A stretch of 64,000 nt of DNA from the NCBI GenBank assembly GCA_019828565.1, contig JAHDYR010000014.1:1-64000 (forward strand), read 5' to 3'. The stretch comes from Carpediemonas membranifera BICM. Lineage: Eukaryota > Protista > Fornicata. Each line of letters begins with the position of its first letter. Positions within the stretch are counted from its first letter, which is position 1. Made by a program: the position numbers and the translations under genes. This document shows positions 1 to 13,060 of the stretch, piece by piece. A model generated the notes under the pieces. That model was not told the origin of the DNA, did not search any database, and saw nothing but the letters and a program-made list of their open reading frames with translations.

Positions 1-1277
1 AAGGGAGGGTTGGCTGAGTCACCACGGGCTTCGTGCCCGGTCTCTGGCTCAGCTCTCTCCCCCTTCCCCGCCTTCGACGCCCGCCAGGGAGAGGAACTCG
101 GACACTGCGGTGTCGTCGATGTTCCTCTCCCTCTGGCTGGGTGGGGGCAACCTGGGCAGGGGTGGGGCTCGGGGGCCGGTCTCCCTGCTGTGTGGCTGCG
201 GGCTGCGGCCCAGTTAGGGCGGCAGCGGAGTCGGTGGGGGCAGCATCGGCAGGGGTGGGGCTCGGGGGCCGGTCTCCCTGCTGTGTGGCTGCGGGCTGCG
301 GCCCAGTTAGGGCGGCAGCGGAGTCGGTGGGGGCAACCTGGGCAGGGGTGGGGCTCGGGGGCCGGTCTCCCTGCTGTGTGGCTGCGGGCTGCGGCCCAGT
401 TAGGGCGACAGCGGAGTCGGTGGGGGCAACCTGGGCAGGGGTGGGGCTCGGGGGCCGGTCTCCCTGGCGTCGGGCGAAGGCATCGGCCCTCGCATACTCG
501 CGGGCGATGCCCGCATTCGGTGGGCTGGCTGGGCGGGGCGCATGCTGGACCCGCTTCACCAAGGCGGTTACAGACGTCGTCCTCTGAGGGCCTCGGACAG
601 TCTGAAGGAGGTTCATCCTTCTCGCTTTCACTGGGTCGATGGCGTGCTCGATCATACGCTCAAGAGCCTCGTTCGCACGTTCGATGGTGAGCGTTGATGT
701 GAACGCCTGATCAGTGGCTGCAGCGTGCAGAATGGCGACAGCATTTGCGACGTGATCGTCGCGGCGGGAAGCTTTCACCTTGTGGCCGGGGCCGAAGCGA
801 TTTGTCGCCGCGTGAACGTAGTTGGTTATCCAAACCAAGTTGCTCACCGTGAAGAAACGCTTGTAATCCGAAATAAGGCTCAATAGACGTTCTTTGTTCA
901 TGCAGATCTCAATAAAGGCCTCAGTATCCTTCGGCCAAGAGTTCTTCGAGCTGGATGGATGGAAATCGTTAATCCACCGCAGAAGAGCAGCGAACAGCGC
1001 TAATCGCTTGTCAATAGACGTACCAGGTCCTTCATCGGATGTATGGCAGGATTCGTCGCCTTGCGGCGGCGAATCGAGCAACTTTCCTCTGGATACCATG
1101 GCCGAATTTACTTTCCCAGGTTGTCCGAACAACACGCGACTCCGCGGAATTTCGAGCAACCACTCTCGCGCAGGGGCAGGGGATGCGTTATGCGATGCGG
1201 CGAAGGGGTGGGAGGCGCAGGGGGGCTCGGGGACGACGCAGCCTAGAATGGCCGAGTCAGCCGAGTCGCGACTCCGG
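1..1277 (-). mobile_element. Retrotransposon unit 0 (5' part only, runs off window); N-terminal variant N2, ATG at 1099
   Basis: Matches the 5' part of unit 4 (TSIDKRLALFAALLRWINDF...) and contains the 93-bp repeats. Confidence 0.85.
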
Positions 1278-1754
1278 CACATTTCTGGTGAGGCGATTAG
1301 GGGCGAAGTTCGGCCCAGCGGGCCTTGCACTGAAGCGTTTGTTGTCCGTCACAAGGCGCAATAAACGATCTTTGTTCATACAAACCTCGATGAAGGCCTC
1401 AGCGTTCTTCGGCCACGAGCCTTTCGGGCAGTGCTGACGAATTTCGTCCATTACGCGCAGGAGCGCAGCGAACAGCGCTAGTTTCAGGTAATTCGTGTCA
1501 CCTGGTCCGTCATCGGATGTATGGCAGGATTCGTCGCCTTGCGGCGGCGAATCGAGCAACTTTCCTCTGGATACCATGGCCGAATTTACTTTCCCAGGTT
1601 GTCCGAACAACACGCGACTCCGCGGAACTTGGGGTAACCACTCTCGCGCAGGGGCAGGGGATGCGTTATGCGATGCGGCGATGGGGCGGGAGGCGCAGGG
1701 GGCTCGGGGACGACGCAGCCTAGAGTGGCCGAGTCAGCCGAGTCGCGACTCCGG
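1278..1754 (-). mobile_element. Internally deleted chimeric mini-element: leader and first ~240 nt of the N1 ORF fused to the last ~55 nt of a subfamily C element
   Basis: The junction near 1333 (cactga|agcgtttg) joins the C-type 3' end (compare 25011-25066) to the N1 DNKRF codons (compare 5941). Confidence 0.85.
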
Positions 1755-4700
1755 CATTTTGTGGGGAGGGCAGATTATTGGTGGTGCTCGGCCCAACGGG
1801 CCTTGCACTGGGAGACATAGTCCGACCAGACGGTCTGGTTGTCCGCCCAGATGGACCAGAATACCCGGTCACGGATGGCGCCCACGAGGGCCGGCCTGCG
1901 AATCGCGGCACAGAGGCGGGCGACCCAGCACTCGGTCAGACGGGACTCAGTCTCGCCCAGAACCGTGCAGGCAGCAGGCACGAAGGTGACCTGCCAGTTG
2001 CGGTACTCGCGGAGCTTCTCTAGCTCAGCCTCCCGCGGGTGCAGGCTGACCACGAAGTCGACATAGACTTCCTCGTGGACACGGTTCCCGACCACGTCTC
2101 TCTCGCCTGCCACCATGAGGGTCGGCCACCTTGCGTCTGGGCGCTTCGGTATCGGCCTGCTGGTAGCGGGGGTGACGAGAGGTGAGCGCGACCTCGGCCT
2201 GGCAACGGGCCATGGGTCGACCTCTAACGTCGTCGTCGGTCAACACGGCGCTCACAGCGTCTCTAACATGGTTGTGACGCTCGGTGTGGGCGGTTCCCTT
2301 GGTGTGTGGGCACGAGAGGGCATGCTGCCAGGTGCAGCGCTGGGCCTGACACAGGGGGCAAAGTCTCGGGCCACTCTTCGAACGGGGCGACATCCAGGTG
2401 TGCCCTGGCAATTGGGACAAATATTGAGCCAACAGGCTTCGATTCTAGCTCAATTGGGGTGAGTGCGGCCTCTTGCCGGAGAATTCCAGCCGCCGGGGCA
2501 GCGCGCTGGGAGGAGTCGTTCAGGGCCTGAGTGGCCGCATTGCGGTCCAAGTTGAAGTCAGACGGCGTTGATGGGCGGTGCTGGACTGTCCAGGCGTCTC
2601 TATGGTACTTTGTGAGTTGTTTCTGAGGCTTTTTGGCCTCCATCTCATAGAGTTCGTCCTTGGTCCTAGGCCACTCTTCGGCGCCTTCAACGGTAAACAG
2701 GGCCTCGTCTAGGTGCACAGACCGGTCCGGAAGCAGCTGGTGCAGCTGGTGTTCCGTGCCCAAAAATGCGCATTTCCAGACGAGTGATGGGATTGGCATG
2801 CGGAGCCCGTAATCTCCATAATCGAGAGCCATTCTACGAGTTTTGCCTTCCAGACCATCTCTTAGTTGCAGAATGTGCTCTACGCTGCGGCTAAGCATCT
2901 GCTCGAAGCGGGATGTCCTGCTTTCGTGCCTAATCGGCGACACAGCTCTGTAGATTGCGGATGGCATCGCAAGAATGCATGAACGAATCATATTCAGCGC
3001 AACGCTGGCCGCAGAAGGCCCTACAGTCTCCACCATTTCCACGACGCGAGCAGTCGCCATCTCCATCTCCGAGAAGACATCATCGACAGCTCTTGCCTCA
3101 CCATGAGCGTCACCAACAGGGATTCCAACGGCTCTACCGTTGACTACCCGCTGAATGGCACCCGGGGAGCCAGCAGCGCTGATCACCATACACTTAGCCG
3201 TGTTCACGCGCATGCCGATGCGGCCACAAACCTCAGCCATCCGGTCGTAGAACCGATCAACTCGTGAGGCCGGCATGGACGCTGGCGCGATCAAGTACGC
3301 ATCGTCCTGATAGGGAGACCATCCTGCACTCCTGGAACTCACCTCTGATCTGGTCCAGGACCGGCTTCATCGCCAGGGTGAACAGCAGCGGAGATATGGG
3401 GTCTCCTTGCTGGATGCCCTCCCGGGACGGGATGACAAGGCCTGTTGGTGTGATCATCTTGCCCCCGGCATACATCGTGTGCAGGTACGGTAGCAAGACC
3501 GGGGCCCACGCCTGTGCGACCTCAGACAGATGCTGCCGACTGACGGTTCCGTACGCATTGGACATGTCAACGGCGCACAGCTGCGCACCGTCGGCGTACG
3601 CTGTCTTCAGAATGTCACCCATGCAGTCCAGGCCGCAGCTCTCGCCCAGTCCGAACTGCCCCTCGCACACACCATCGCCAATAATCCTCAGCCCGACATC
3701 GTGGGCTAGGACCTTGCCTGCGAGGCGTCTCAGGCTCTCGCCCATTGCAATGGGCCGGACCTTGGAGTCTCCCTTAGGCAGGGCAACGAGCCTCGAGTGC
3801 GACAGGATCTCAGTGTAGGGCTCCCCGTTGATGATGTCGTTGATCAGAGGCGTGACAGCAGCAACAAACTTGTGTTTGCGTAGGCGGTAGGCCAGCTTCA
3901 AGTGAAGGAAACTCAGGCCCGAGGGTCCCGGTGCCGAGTCTGCTTTGAGCCTGTCCAGGGCCCATGTCACAGACTCCGGGGGTGACCTCATATGACTTCA
4001 GCGCACCCGCCCGTTGCTGTGGGTGGAAGAGACGTGGGTCTGCCATTGGCTCGGCCTGCAGCTCCACCAGCTTCTCGTCAACCTCGGTCGGGCTGAGGTC
4101 CATGTCCTCAGACAGGAGGATCTTCAGGCCACTGGAGTAGTAGCCGGCCGAGGCCTTGGTGAAGGCCGAGCGCTCCTTGGTCCGGGTCCGCAGTGTCACC
4201 TGCTTCTTGGCGGGCTTGTACACCGTCTGACCATGGGTCATGATGGCAATAAGGCCACGCCGTTTCTGCTGGGCAGGCACCTCGTTCAGGGCCTCCAACA
4301 GGTTGATGAGACCCTTCACGAATGAGACCGCACCCTTCCTTGAAGGCTTCGACTTCCCAATCCTGCCGGCCTCCGTCGGGGAGGGGAGGAACTTGAGGTC
4401 CTCTGGGAGCTCTGGAAGGATGGTCTCCGGCTGCGGGCGGGGAGCAGTGAGCCTTCTTCTGGCTGGCTGGGCCGTCCTTGGCTGCGGGACAGCTGGGAGA
4501 GCGGGGTCGACTGGCATACCCAACCCTTCCCTCATGAACGCCACGAACCTGGGTGCGAACGACTTCAGGCCTTGCGGGAACGCATACGAAGGCCGGTTCC
4601 TCGGGTGAGCCGCAAAGACCTGCTCGAGGAGAGTCGTCCAGCGTGCTCTGGACATGCGGTTCTGGCCATTTTGCCCCCTGGAGAGCCAGCGGACGGCGTC

Positions 4701-6362
4701 GACAGACGTCAGCGTCGCGACGACCTGGTCGTTGGTCGACCACATGTCTCTGTCTTCCCGCGGTACATGTGCGTCAAAGCTGCGGCGAACAGCGTCGATG
4801 GTCGTGCGGTCGAGCCACCCTGTGAGCCGGTGGGCGGGGTCAACCTGCGGCGGCGGGCGAAGGGGGAGTTGGCTGAGTCACCACGGGCTTCGTGCTCGGT
4901 CTCTGGCTCAGCTCTCTCCCCTTCCCCGCCTTCGACGCCCGCCAGGGAGAGGAACTCGGACACTGCGGTGTCGTCGATGTTCCTCTCCTCTGGCTGGGTG
5001 GGGGCAACCTGGGCGGGGGTGGGGCTCGGGGGCCTGTCACCCTGCGGGGCGGCTGCGGGCTGCGGCCCAGTTAGGGCGACAGCGGAGTCGGTGGGGGCAG
5101 CATCGGCAGGGGTGGGGTCGGTAGACCGGTCATCCCGCTGGGCGGCTGCGGGCTGCGGCCCAGTTAGGGCGGCAGCGGAGTCGGTGGGGGCAACCTGGGC
5201 AGGGGTCTGGCGCGTGGGCCTGTCACCCTGCGGGGCGGCTGCGGGCTGCGGCCCAGTTAGGGCGACAGCGGAGTCGGTGGGGGCAGCATCGGCAGGGGTG
5301 GGGTCGGTAGACCGGTCATCCCGCTGGGCGGCTGCGGGCTGCGGCCCAGTTAGGGCGACAGCGGAGTCGGTGGGGGCAGCATCGGCAGGGGTGGGGCTCG
5401 GGGGCCGGTCACCCTGCTGTGTGGCTGCAGGCTGCGGCCCAGTTAGGGCGGCAGCGGAGTCGGTGGGGGCAGCATCGGCAGGGGTGGGGCTCGGGGGCCT
5501 ATCACCCTGCTGTTGACGGTCTGCGCGGCCAGCAGCTACGCGACACGCGTATGCTTCTGCCTCGAGGAAGGCAGTGCGGTCTCGCGCAGGGCTTGCCGGG
5601 CGGGCCTCCTCGACACGGCTGATCAGTTGGGCGTATGACTGACGCCCGGTCTTGGCGCGGCGAGCGGCGATCTCGGACGGGCGGAGCGGACGAGGGTGCT
5701 CCCTCATGAGCTGCTCATCGGTCTTTCTGCCCCGTATCACGCGCTCGAGGGCCTCGTTGGCACGATCAATCGAGATCGTAGCAGTGAACACCTGGTTGGT
5801 GGCTGCGGCGTGAAGAAGTGAAGTGGCATTGGCGATGTGGTCATCACGGCGGGATGCCTTCGGCTTATGGCCTGGCCCGAAGCGGTTTGTGGCCGCATGA
5901 ACGTAGTCCGTGATCAAAGAAAGGTTGTTGATCGTGAAGAAGCGTTTGTTGTCCGTCACAAGGCGCAATAAACGATCTTTGTTCATACAAACCTCGATGA
6001 AGGCCTCAGCGTTCTTCGGCCACGAGCCTTTCGGGCAGTGCTGACGAATTTCGTCCATTACGCGCAGGAGCGCAGCGAACAGCGCTAGTTTCAGGTAATT
6101 CGTGTCACCTGGTCCGTCATCGGATGTATGGCAGGATTCGTCGCCTTGCGGCGGCGAATCGAGCAACTTTCCTCTGGATACCATGGCCGAATTTACTTTC
6201 CCAGGTTGTCCGAACAACACGCGACTCCGCGGAATTTCGAGCAACTACTCTCGCGCAGGGGCAGGGGATGCGTTATGCGATGCGGCGATGGGGCGGGAGG
6301 CGCAGGGGGGCTCGGGGACGACGCAGCCTAGAGTGGCCGAGTCAGCCGAGTCGCGACTCCGG
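1755..6362 (-). mobile_element. Retrotransposon unit 1, subfamily A, full length; ORF 6184-1775 broken by 1-bp indels
   Basis: ORF pieces 4709-6244, 3810-4745, 3257-3991, 2263-3342, 2025-2432 and 1775-2116 tile the protein of unit 2. Confidence 0.9.
4998..5512 (-). repeat. 93-bp coding minisatellite (31 aa, GDRPPSPTPADAAPTDSAAALTGPQPAATQQ); about 1-5 full copies per unit
   Basis: Period-93 anchors at 5068, 5161, 5254, 5347 and 5440; also in all other units that retain this region. Confidence 0.93.
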
Positions 6363-9300
6363 CATTTTGTGGGGAGGGCAGATTATTGGTGGTGCTCGGC
6401 CCAACGGGCCTTGCACTGGGAGACATAGTCCGACCAGACGGTCTGGTTGTCCGCCCAGATGGACCAGAATACCCGGTCACGGATGGCGCCCACGAGGGCC
6501 GGCCTGCGAATCGCGGCACAGAGGCGGGCGACCCAGCACTCGGTCAGACGGGACTCAGTCTCGCCCAGAACCGTGCAGGCAGCAGGCACGAAGGTGACCT
6601 GCCAGTTGCGGTACTCGCGGAGCTTCTCTAGCTCAGCCTCCCGCGGGTGCAGGCTGACCACGAAGTCGACATAGACTTCCTCGTGGACACGGTTCCCGAC
6701 CACGTCTCTCTCGCCTGCCACCATGAGGGTCGGCCACCTTGCGTCTGGGCGCTTCGGTATCGGCCTGCTGGTAGCGGGGGTGACGAGAGGTGAGCGCGAC
6801 CTCGGCCTGGCAACGGGCCATGGGTCGACCTCTAACGTCGTCGTCGGTCAACACGGCGCTCACAGCGTCTCTAACATGGTTGTGACGCTCGGTGTGGGCG
6901 GTTCCCTTGGTGTGTGGGCACGAGAGGGCATGCTGCCAGGTGCAGCGCTGGGCCTGACACAGGGGGCAAGTCTCGGGCCACTCTTCGAACGGGGCGACAT
7001 CCAGGTGTGCCCTGGCAATTGGGACAAATATTGAGCCAACAGGCTTCGATTCTAGCTCAATTGGGGTGAGTGCGGCCTCTTGCCGGAGAATTCCAGCCGC
7101 CGGGGCAGCGCGCTGGGAGGAGTCGTTCAGGGCCTGAGTGGCCGCATTGCGGTCCAAGTTGAAGTCAGACGGCGTTGATGGGCGGTGCTGGACTGTCCAG
7201 GCGTCTCTATGGTACTTTGTGAGTTGTTTCTGAGGCTTTTTGGCCTCCATCTCATAGAGTTCGTCCTTGGTCCTAGGCCACTCTTCGGCGCCTTCAACGG
7301 TAAACAGGGCCTCGTCTAGGTGCACAGACCGGTCCGGAAGCAGCTGGTGCAGCTGGTGTTCCGTGCCCAAAAATGCGCATTTCCAGACGAGTGATGGGAT
7401 TGGCATGCGGAGCCCGTAATCTCCATAATCGAGAGCCATTCTACGAGTTTTGTCTTCCAGACCATCTCTTAGTTGCAGAATGTGCTCTACGCTGCGGCTA
7501 AGCATCTGCTCGAAGCGGGATGTCCTGCTTTCGTGCCTAATCGGCGACACAGCTCTGTAGATTGCGGATGGCATCGCAAGAATGCATGAACGAATCATAT
7601 TCAGCGCAACGCTGGCCGCAGAAGGCCCTACAGTCTCCACCATTTCCACGACGCGAGCAGTCGCCATCTCCATCTCCGAGAAGACATCATCGACAGCTCT
7701 TGCCTCACCATGAGCGTCACCAACAGGGATTCCAACGGCTCTACCGTTGACTACCCGCTGAATGGCACCCGGGGAGCCAGCAGCGCTGATCACCATACAC
7801 TTAGCCGTGTTCACGCGCATGCCGATGCGGCCACAAACCTCAGCCATCCGGTCGTAGAACCGATCAACTCGTGAGGCCGGCATGGACGCTGGCGCGATCA
7901 AGTAAGCATCGTCCTGATAGGAGACCATCCTGCACTCCTGGAACTCACCTCTGATCTGGTCCAGGACCGGCTTCATCGCCAGGGTGAACAGCAGCGGAGA
8001 TATGGGGTCCCCTTGCTGGATGCCCTCCCGGGACGGGATGACAAGGCCTGTTGGTGTGATCATCTTGCCCCCGGCATACATCGTGTGCAGGTACGGCAGC
8101 AAGACCGGGGCCCACGCCTGTGCGACCTCAGACAGATGCTGCCGACTGACGGTTCCGTACGCATTGGACATGTCAACGGCGCACAGCTGCGCACCGCCGG
8201 CGTACGCTGTCTTCAGAATGTCACCCATGCAGTCCAGGCCGCAGCTCTCGCCCAGTCCGAACTGCCCCTCGCACACACCATCGCCAATAATCCTCAGCCC
8301 GACATCGTGGGCTAGGACCTTGCCTGCGAGGCGTCTCAGGCTCTCGCCCATTGCAATGGGCCGGACCTTGGAGTCTCCCTTAGGCAGGGCAACGAGCCTC
8401 GAGTGCGACAGGATCTCAGTGTAGGGCTCCCCGTTGATGATGTCGTTGATCAGAGGCGTGACAGCAGCAACAAACTTGTGTTTGCGTAGGCGGTAGGCCA
8501 GCTTCAAGTGAAGGAAACTCAGGCCCGAGGGTCCCGGTGCCGAGTCTGCTTTGAGCCTGTCCAGGGCCCATGTCACAGACTCCGGGGTGACCTCATATGA
8601 CTCCAGCGCACCCGCCCGTTGCTGTGGGTGGAAGAGACGTGGGTCTGCCATTGGCTCGGCCTGCAGCTCCACCAGCTTCTCGTCAACCTCGGTCGGGCTG
8701 AGGTCCATGTCCTCAGACAGGAGGATCTTCAGGCCACTGGAGTAGTAGCCGGCCGAGGCCTTGGTGAAGGCCGAGCGCTCCTTGGTCCGGGTCCACAGTG
8801 TCACCTGCTTCTTGGCGGGCTTGTACACCGTCTGACCATGGGTCATGATGGCAATAAGGCCACGCCGTTTCTGCTGGGCAGGCACCTCGTTCAGGGCCTC
8901 CAACAGGTTGATGAGACCCTTCACGAATGAGACCGCACCCTTCCTTGAAGGCTTCGACTTCCCAATCCTGCCGGCCTCCGTCGGGGAGGGGAGGAACTTG
9001 AGGTCCTCTGGGAGCTCTGGAAGGATGGTCTCCGGCTGCGGGCGGGGAGCAGTGAGCCTTCTTCTGGCTGGCTGGGCCGTCCTTGGCTGCGGGACAGCTG
9101 GGAGAGCGGGGTCGACTGGCATACCCAACCCTTCCCTCATGAACGCCACGAACCTGGGTGCGAACGACTTCAGGCCTTGCGGGAACGCATACGTCGGCCG
9201 GTTCCTCGGGTGAGCCGCAAAGACCTGCTCGAGGAGAGTCGTCCAGCGTGCTCTGGACATGCGGTTCTGGCCATTTTGCCCCCGGGAGAGCCAGCGGACG

Positions 9301-10782
9301 GCGTCGACAGACGTCAGCGTCGCGACGACCTGGTCGTTGGTCGACCACATGTCTCTGTCTTCCCGCGGTACATGTGCGTCAAAGCTGCGGCGAACAGCGT
9401 CGATGGTCGTGCGGTCGAGCCACCCTGTGAGCCGGTGGGCGGGGTCAACCTGCGGCGGCGGGCGAAGGGGGGAGTTGGCTGAGTCACCACGGGCTTCGTG
9501 CTCGGTCTCTGGCTCAGCTCTCTCCCCTTCCCCGCCTTCGACGCCCGCCAGGGAGAGGAACTCGGACACTGCGGTGTCGTCGATGTTCCTCTCCTCTGGC
9601 TGGGTGGGGGCAACCTGGGCGGGGGTCTGGCGCGTGGGCCTGTCACCCTGCTGTGTGGCTGCAGGCTGCGGCCCAGTTAGGGCGGCAGCGGAGTCGGTGG
9701 GGGCAGCATCGGCAGGGGTGGGGCTCGGGGGCCGGTCTCCCTGCTGTGTGGCTGCGGGCTGCGGCCCAGTTAGGGCGGCAGCGGAGTCGGTGGGGGCAGC
9801 ATCGGCAGGGGTGGGGCTCGGGGGCCTGTCACCCTGCGGGGCGGCTGCGGGCTGCGGCCCAGTTAGGGCGACAGCGGAGTCGGTGGGGGCAGCATCGGCA
9901 GGGGTGGGGCTCGGGGGCCTATCACCCTGCTGTTGACGGTCTGCGCGGCCAGCAGCTACGCGACACGCGTATGCTTCTGCCTCGAGGAAGGCAGTGCGGT
10001 CTCGCGCAGGGCTTGCCGGGCGGGCCTCCTCGACACGGCTGATCAGTTGGGCGTATGACTGACGCCCGGTCTTGGCGCGGCGAGCGGCGATCTCGGACGG
10101 GCGGAGCGGACGAGGGTGCTCCCTCATGAGCTGCTCATCGGTCTTTCTGCCCCGTATCACGCGCTCGAGGGCCTCGTTGGCACGATCAATCGAGATCGTA
10201 GCAGTGAACACCTGGTTGGTGGCTGCGGCGTGAAGAAGTGAAGTGGCATTGGCGATGTGGTCATCACGGCGGGATGCCTTCGGCTTATGGCCTGGCCCGA
10301 AGCGGTTTGTGGCCGCATGAACGTAGTCCGTGATCAAAGAAAGGTTGTTGATCGTGAAGAAGCGTTTGTTGTCCGTCACAAGGCGCAATAAACGATCTTT
10401 GTTCATACAAACCTCGATGAAGGCCTCAGCGTTCTTCGGCCACGAGCCTTTCGGGCAGTGCTGACGAATTTCGTCCATTACGCGCAGGAGCGCAGCGAAC
10501 AGCGCTAGTTTCAGGTAATTCGTGTCACCTGGTCCGTCATCGGATGTATGGCAGGATTCGTCGCCTTGCGGCGGCGAATCGAGCAACTTTCCTCTGGATA
10601 CCATGGCCGAATTTACTTTCCCAGGTTGTCCGAACAACACGCGACTCCGCGGAATTTCGAGCAACTACTCTCGCGCAGGGGCAGGGGATGCGTTATGCGA
10701 TGCGGCGATGGGGCGGGAGGCGCAGGGGAGCTCGGGGACGACGCAGCCTAGAATGGCCGAGTCAGCCGAGTCGCGACTCCGG
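6363..10782 (-). mobile_element. Retrotransposon unit 2, subfamily A, full length
   Basis: Most intact copy; a single 1343-codon ORF plus the C-terminal endonuclease piece. Confidence 0.92.
6383..10604 (-). CDS. Non-LTR retrotransposon polyprotein (N-domain, Pro/Ala repeats, RT, CCHC, restriction-like endonuclease); one frameshift near 6727
   Basis: ORF 6633-10664 (first ATG at 10604) with YQDD and CPLC..H..C/RHN; the endonuclease C-terminus continues in 6383-6724. Confidence 0.88.
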
Positions 10783-12767
10783 CATTTTGTGGGGAGGGCA
10801 GATTATTGGTGGTGCTCGGCCCAACGGGCCTTGCACTGGGAGACATAGTCCGACCAGACGGTCTGGTTGTCCGCCCAGATGGACCAGAATACCCGGTCAC
10901 GGATGGCGCCCACGAGGGCCGGCCTGCGAATCGCGGCACAGAGGCGGGCGACCCAGCACTCGGTCAGACGGGACTCAGTCTCGCCCAGAACCGTGCAGGC
11001 AGCAGGCACGAAGGTGACCTGCCAGTTGCGGTACTCGCGGAGCTTCTCTAGCTCAGCCTCCCGCGGGTGCAGGCTGACCACGAAGTCGACATAGACTTCC
11101 TCGTGGACACGGTTCCCGACCACGTCTCTCTCGCCTGCCACCATGAGGGTCGGCCACCTTGCGTCTGGGCGCTTCGGTATCGGCCTGCTGGTAGCGGGGG
11201 TGACGAGAGGTGAGCGCGACCTCGGCCTGGCAACGGGCCATGGGTCGACCTCTAACGTCGTCGTCGGTCAACACGGCGCTCACAGCGTCTCTAACATGGT
11301 TGTGACGCTCGGTGTGGGCGGTTCCCTTGGTGTGTGGGCACGAGAGGGCATGCTGCCAGGTGCAGCGCTGGGCCTGACACAGGGGGCAAGTCTCGGGCCA
11401 CTCTTCGAACGGGGCGACATCCAGGTGTGCCCTGGCAATTGGGACAAATATTGAGCCAACAGGCTTCGATTCTAGCTCAATTGGGGTGAGTGCGGCCTCT
11501 TGCCGGAGAATTCCAGCCGCCGGGGCAGCGCGCTGGGAGGAGTCGTTCAGGGCCTGAGTGGCCGCATTGCGGTCCAAGTTGAAGTCAGACGGCGTTGATG
11601 GGCGGTGCTGGACTGTCCAGGCGTCTCTATGGTACTTTGTGAGTTGTTTCTGAGGCTTTTTGGCCTCCATCTCATAGAGTTCGTCCTTGGTCCTAGGCCA
11701 CTCTTCGGCGCCTTCAACGGTAAACAGGGCCTCGTCTAGGTGCACAGACCGGTCCGGAAGCAGCTGGTGCAGCTGGTGTTCCGTGCCCAAAAATGCGCAT
11801 TTCCAGACGAGTGATGGGATTGGCATGCGGAGCCCGTAATCTCCATAATCGAGAGCCATTCTACGAGTTTTGTCTTCCAGACCATCTCTTAGTTGCAGAA
11901 TGTGCTCTACGCTGCGGCTAAGCATCTGCTCGAAGCGGGATGTCCTGCTTTCGTGCCTAATCGGCGACACAGCTCTGTAGATTGCGGATGGCATCGCAAG
12001 AATGCATGAACGAATCATATTCAGCGCAACGCTGGCCGCAGAAGGCCCTACAGTCTCCACCATTTCCACGACGCGAGCAGTCGCCATCTCCATCTCCGAG
12101 AAGACATCATCGACAGCTCTTGCCTCACCATGAGCGTCACCAACAGGGATTCCAACGGCTCTACCGTTGACTACCCGCTGAATGGCACCCGGGGAGCCAG
12201 CAGCGCTGATCACCATACACTTAGCCGTGTTCACGCGCATGCCGATGCGGCCACAAACCTCAGCCATTCGGTCGTAGAACCGATCAACTCGTGAGGCCGG
12301 CATGGACGCTGGCGCGATCAAGTAAGCATCGTCCTGATAGGGAGACCATCCTGCACTCCTGGAACTCACCTCTGATCTGGTCCAGGACCGGCTTCATCGC
12401 CAGGGTGAACAGCAGCGGAGATATGGGGTCCCCTTGCTGGATGCCCTCCCGGGACGGGATGACAAGGCCTGTTGGTGTGATCATCTTGCCCCCGGCATAC
12501 ATCGTGTGCAGGTACGGTAGCAAGACCGGGGCCCACGCCTGTGCGACCTCAGACAGATGCTGCCGACTGACGGTTCCGTACGCATTGGACATGTCAACGG
12601 CGCACAGCTGCGCACCGTCGGCGTACGCTGTCTTCAGAATGTCACCCATGCAGTCCAGGCCGCAGCTCTCGCCCAGTCCGAACTGCCCCTCGCACACACC
12701 ATCGCCAATAATCCTCAGCCCGACATCGTGGGCTAGGACCTTGCCTGCGAGGCGTCTCAGGCTCTCG
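10783..12767 (-). mobile_element. Retrotransposon unit 3, subfamily A, truncated within the RT at the DIRS junction
   Basis: Identity with unit 2 stops at ...ggctctcg|ggtcgc (12767). An orphan leader lies at 16247-16413. Confidence 0.88.
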
Positions 12768-12932
12768 GGTCGCGCCGCCCTGGCCGAGAAGCCAGAGATG
12801 ACCGAGTCGGAGATCGAGACCCTGGTCCTCCGGACGCTCTCGAAGAACCCCCGCCTTACGGAGAAGCCAGGCAAGGATTTTCGAAAGCGAGGCGGCCAGG
12901 GCCCGAAGCGCCCCGGCAACAACCGCTCATAA
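12768..12932 (+). pseudogene. Probable gag C-terminal remnant of the DIRS element
   Basis: Basic peptide GRAALAEKPE...RKRGGQGPKRPGNNRS* directly upstream of, and overlapping, the pol frame. Confidence 0.5.
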
Positions 12933-12940
12933 GTCCAAAC

Positions 12941-13060
12941 CATCATCATCATCATCACGATCACCCTCCTCACGATCACCCTCCTCACGATCACCCTCCT
13001 CACGGTCACCCTCCTCACGGTCACCCTCCTCACGACCGCTCTCCTCACGACCACCCTCAG
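12941..13060 (+). repeat. (CAT)n followed by about 7 copies of a 15-bp repeat CACGATCACCCTCCT (His-Asp-His-Pro-Pro in the pol frame)
   Basis: Directly visible; in frame with the ATG at 13097. Confidence 0.9.

Noticed and set aside
140-470. 93-bp repeats as a CRISPR array
   Set aside because: No unique spacers; they are in-frame coding repeats of the retrotransposon ORF.
6230-6255. Pol III B-box-like GCTCGAAATTCC in the leader (tRNA-derived?)
   Set aside because: The alternative allele destroys it and no cloverleaf is evident.
10-12300. Numerous plus-strand ORFs over the retroelements
   Set aside because: Antisense shadows of a GC-rich coding strand, with no motifs.
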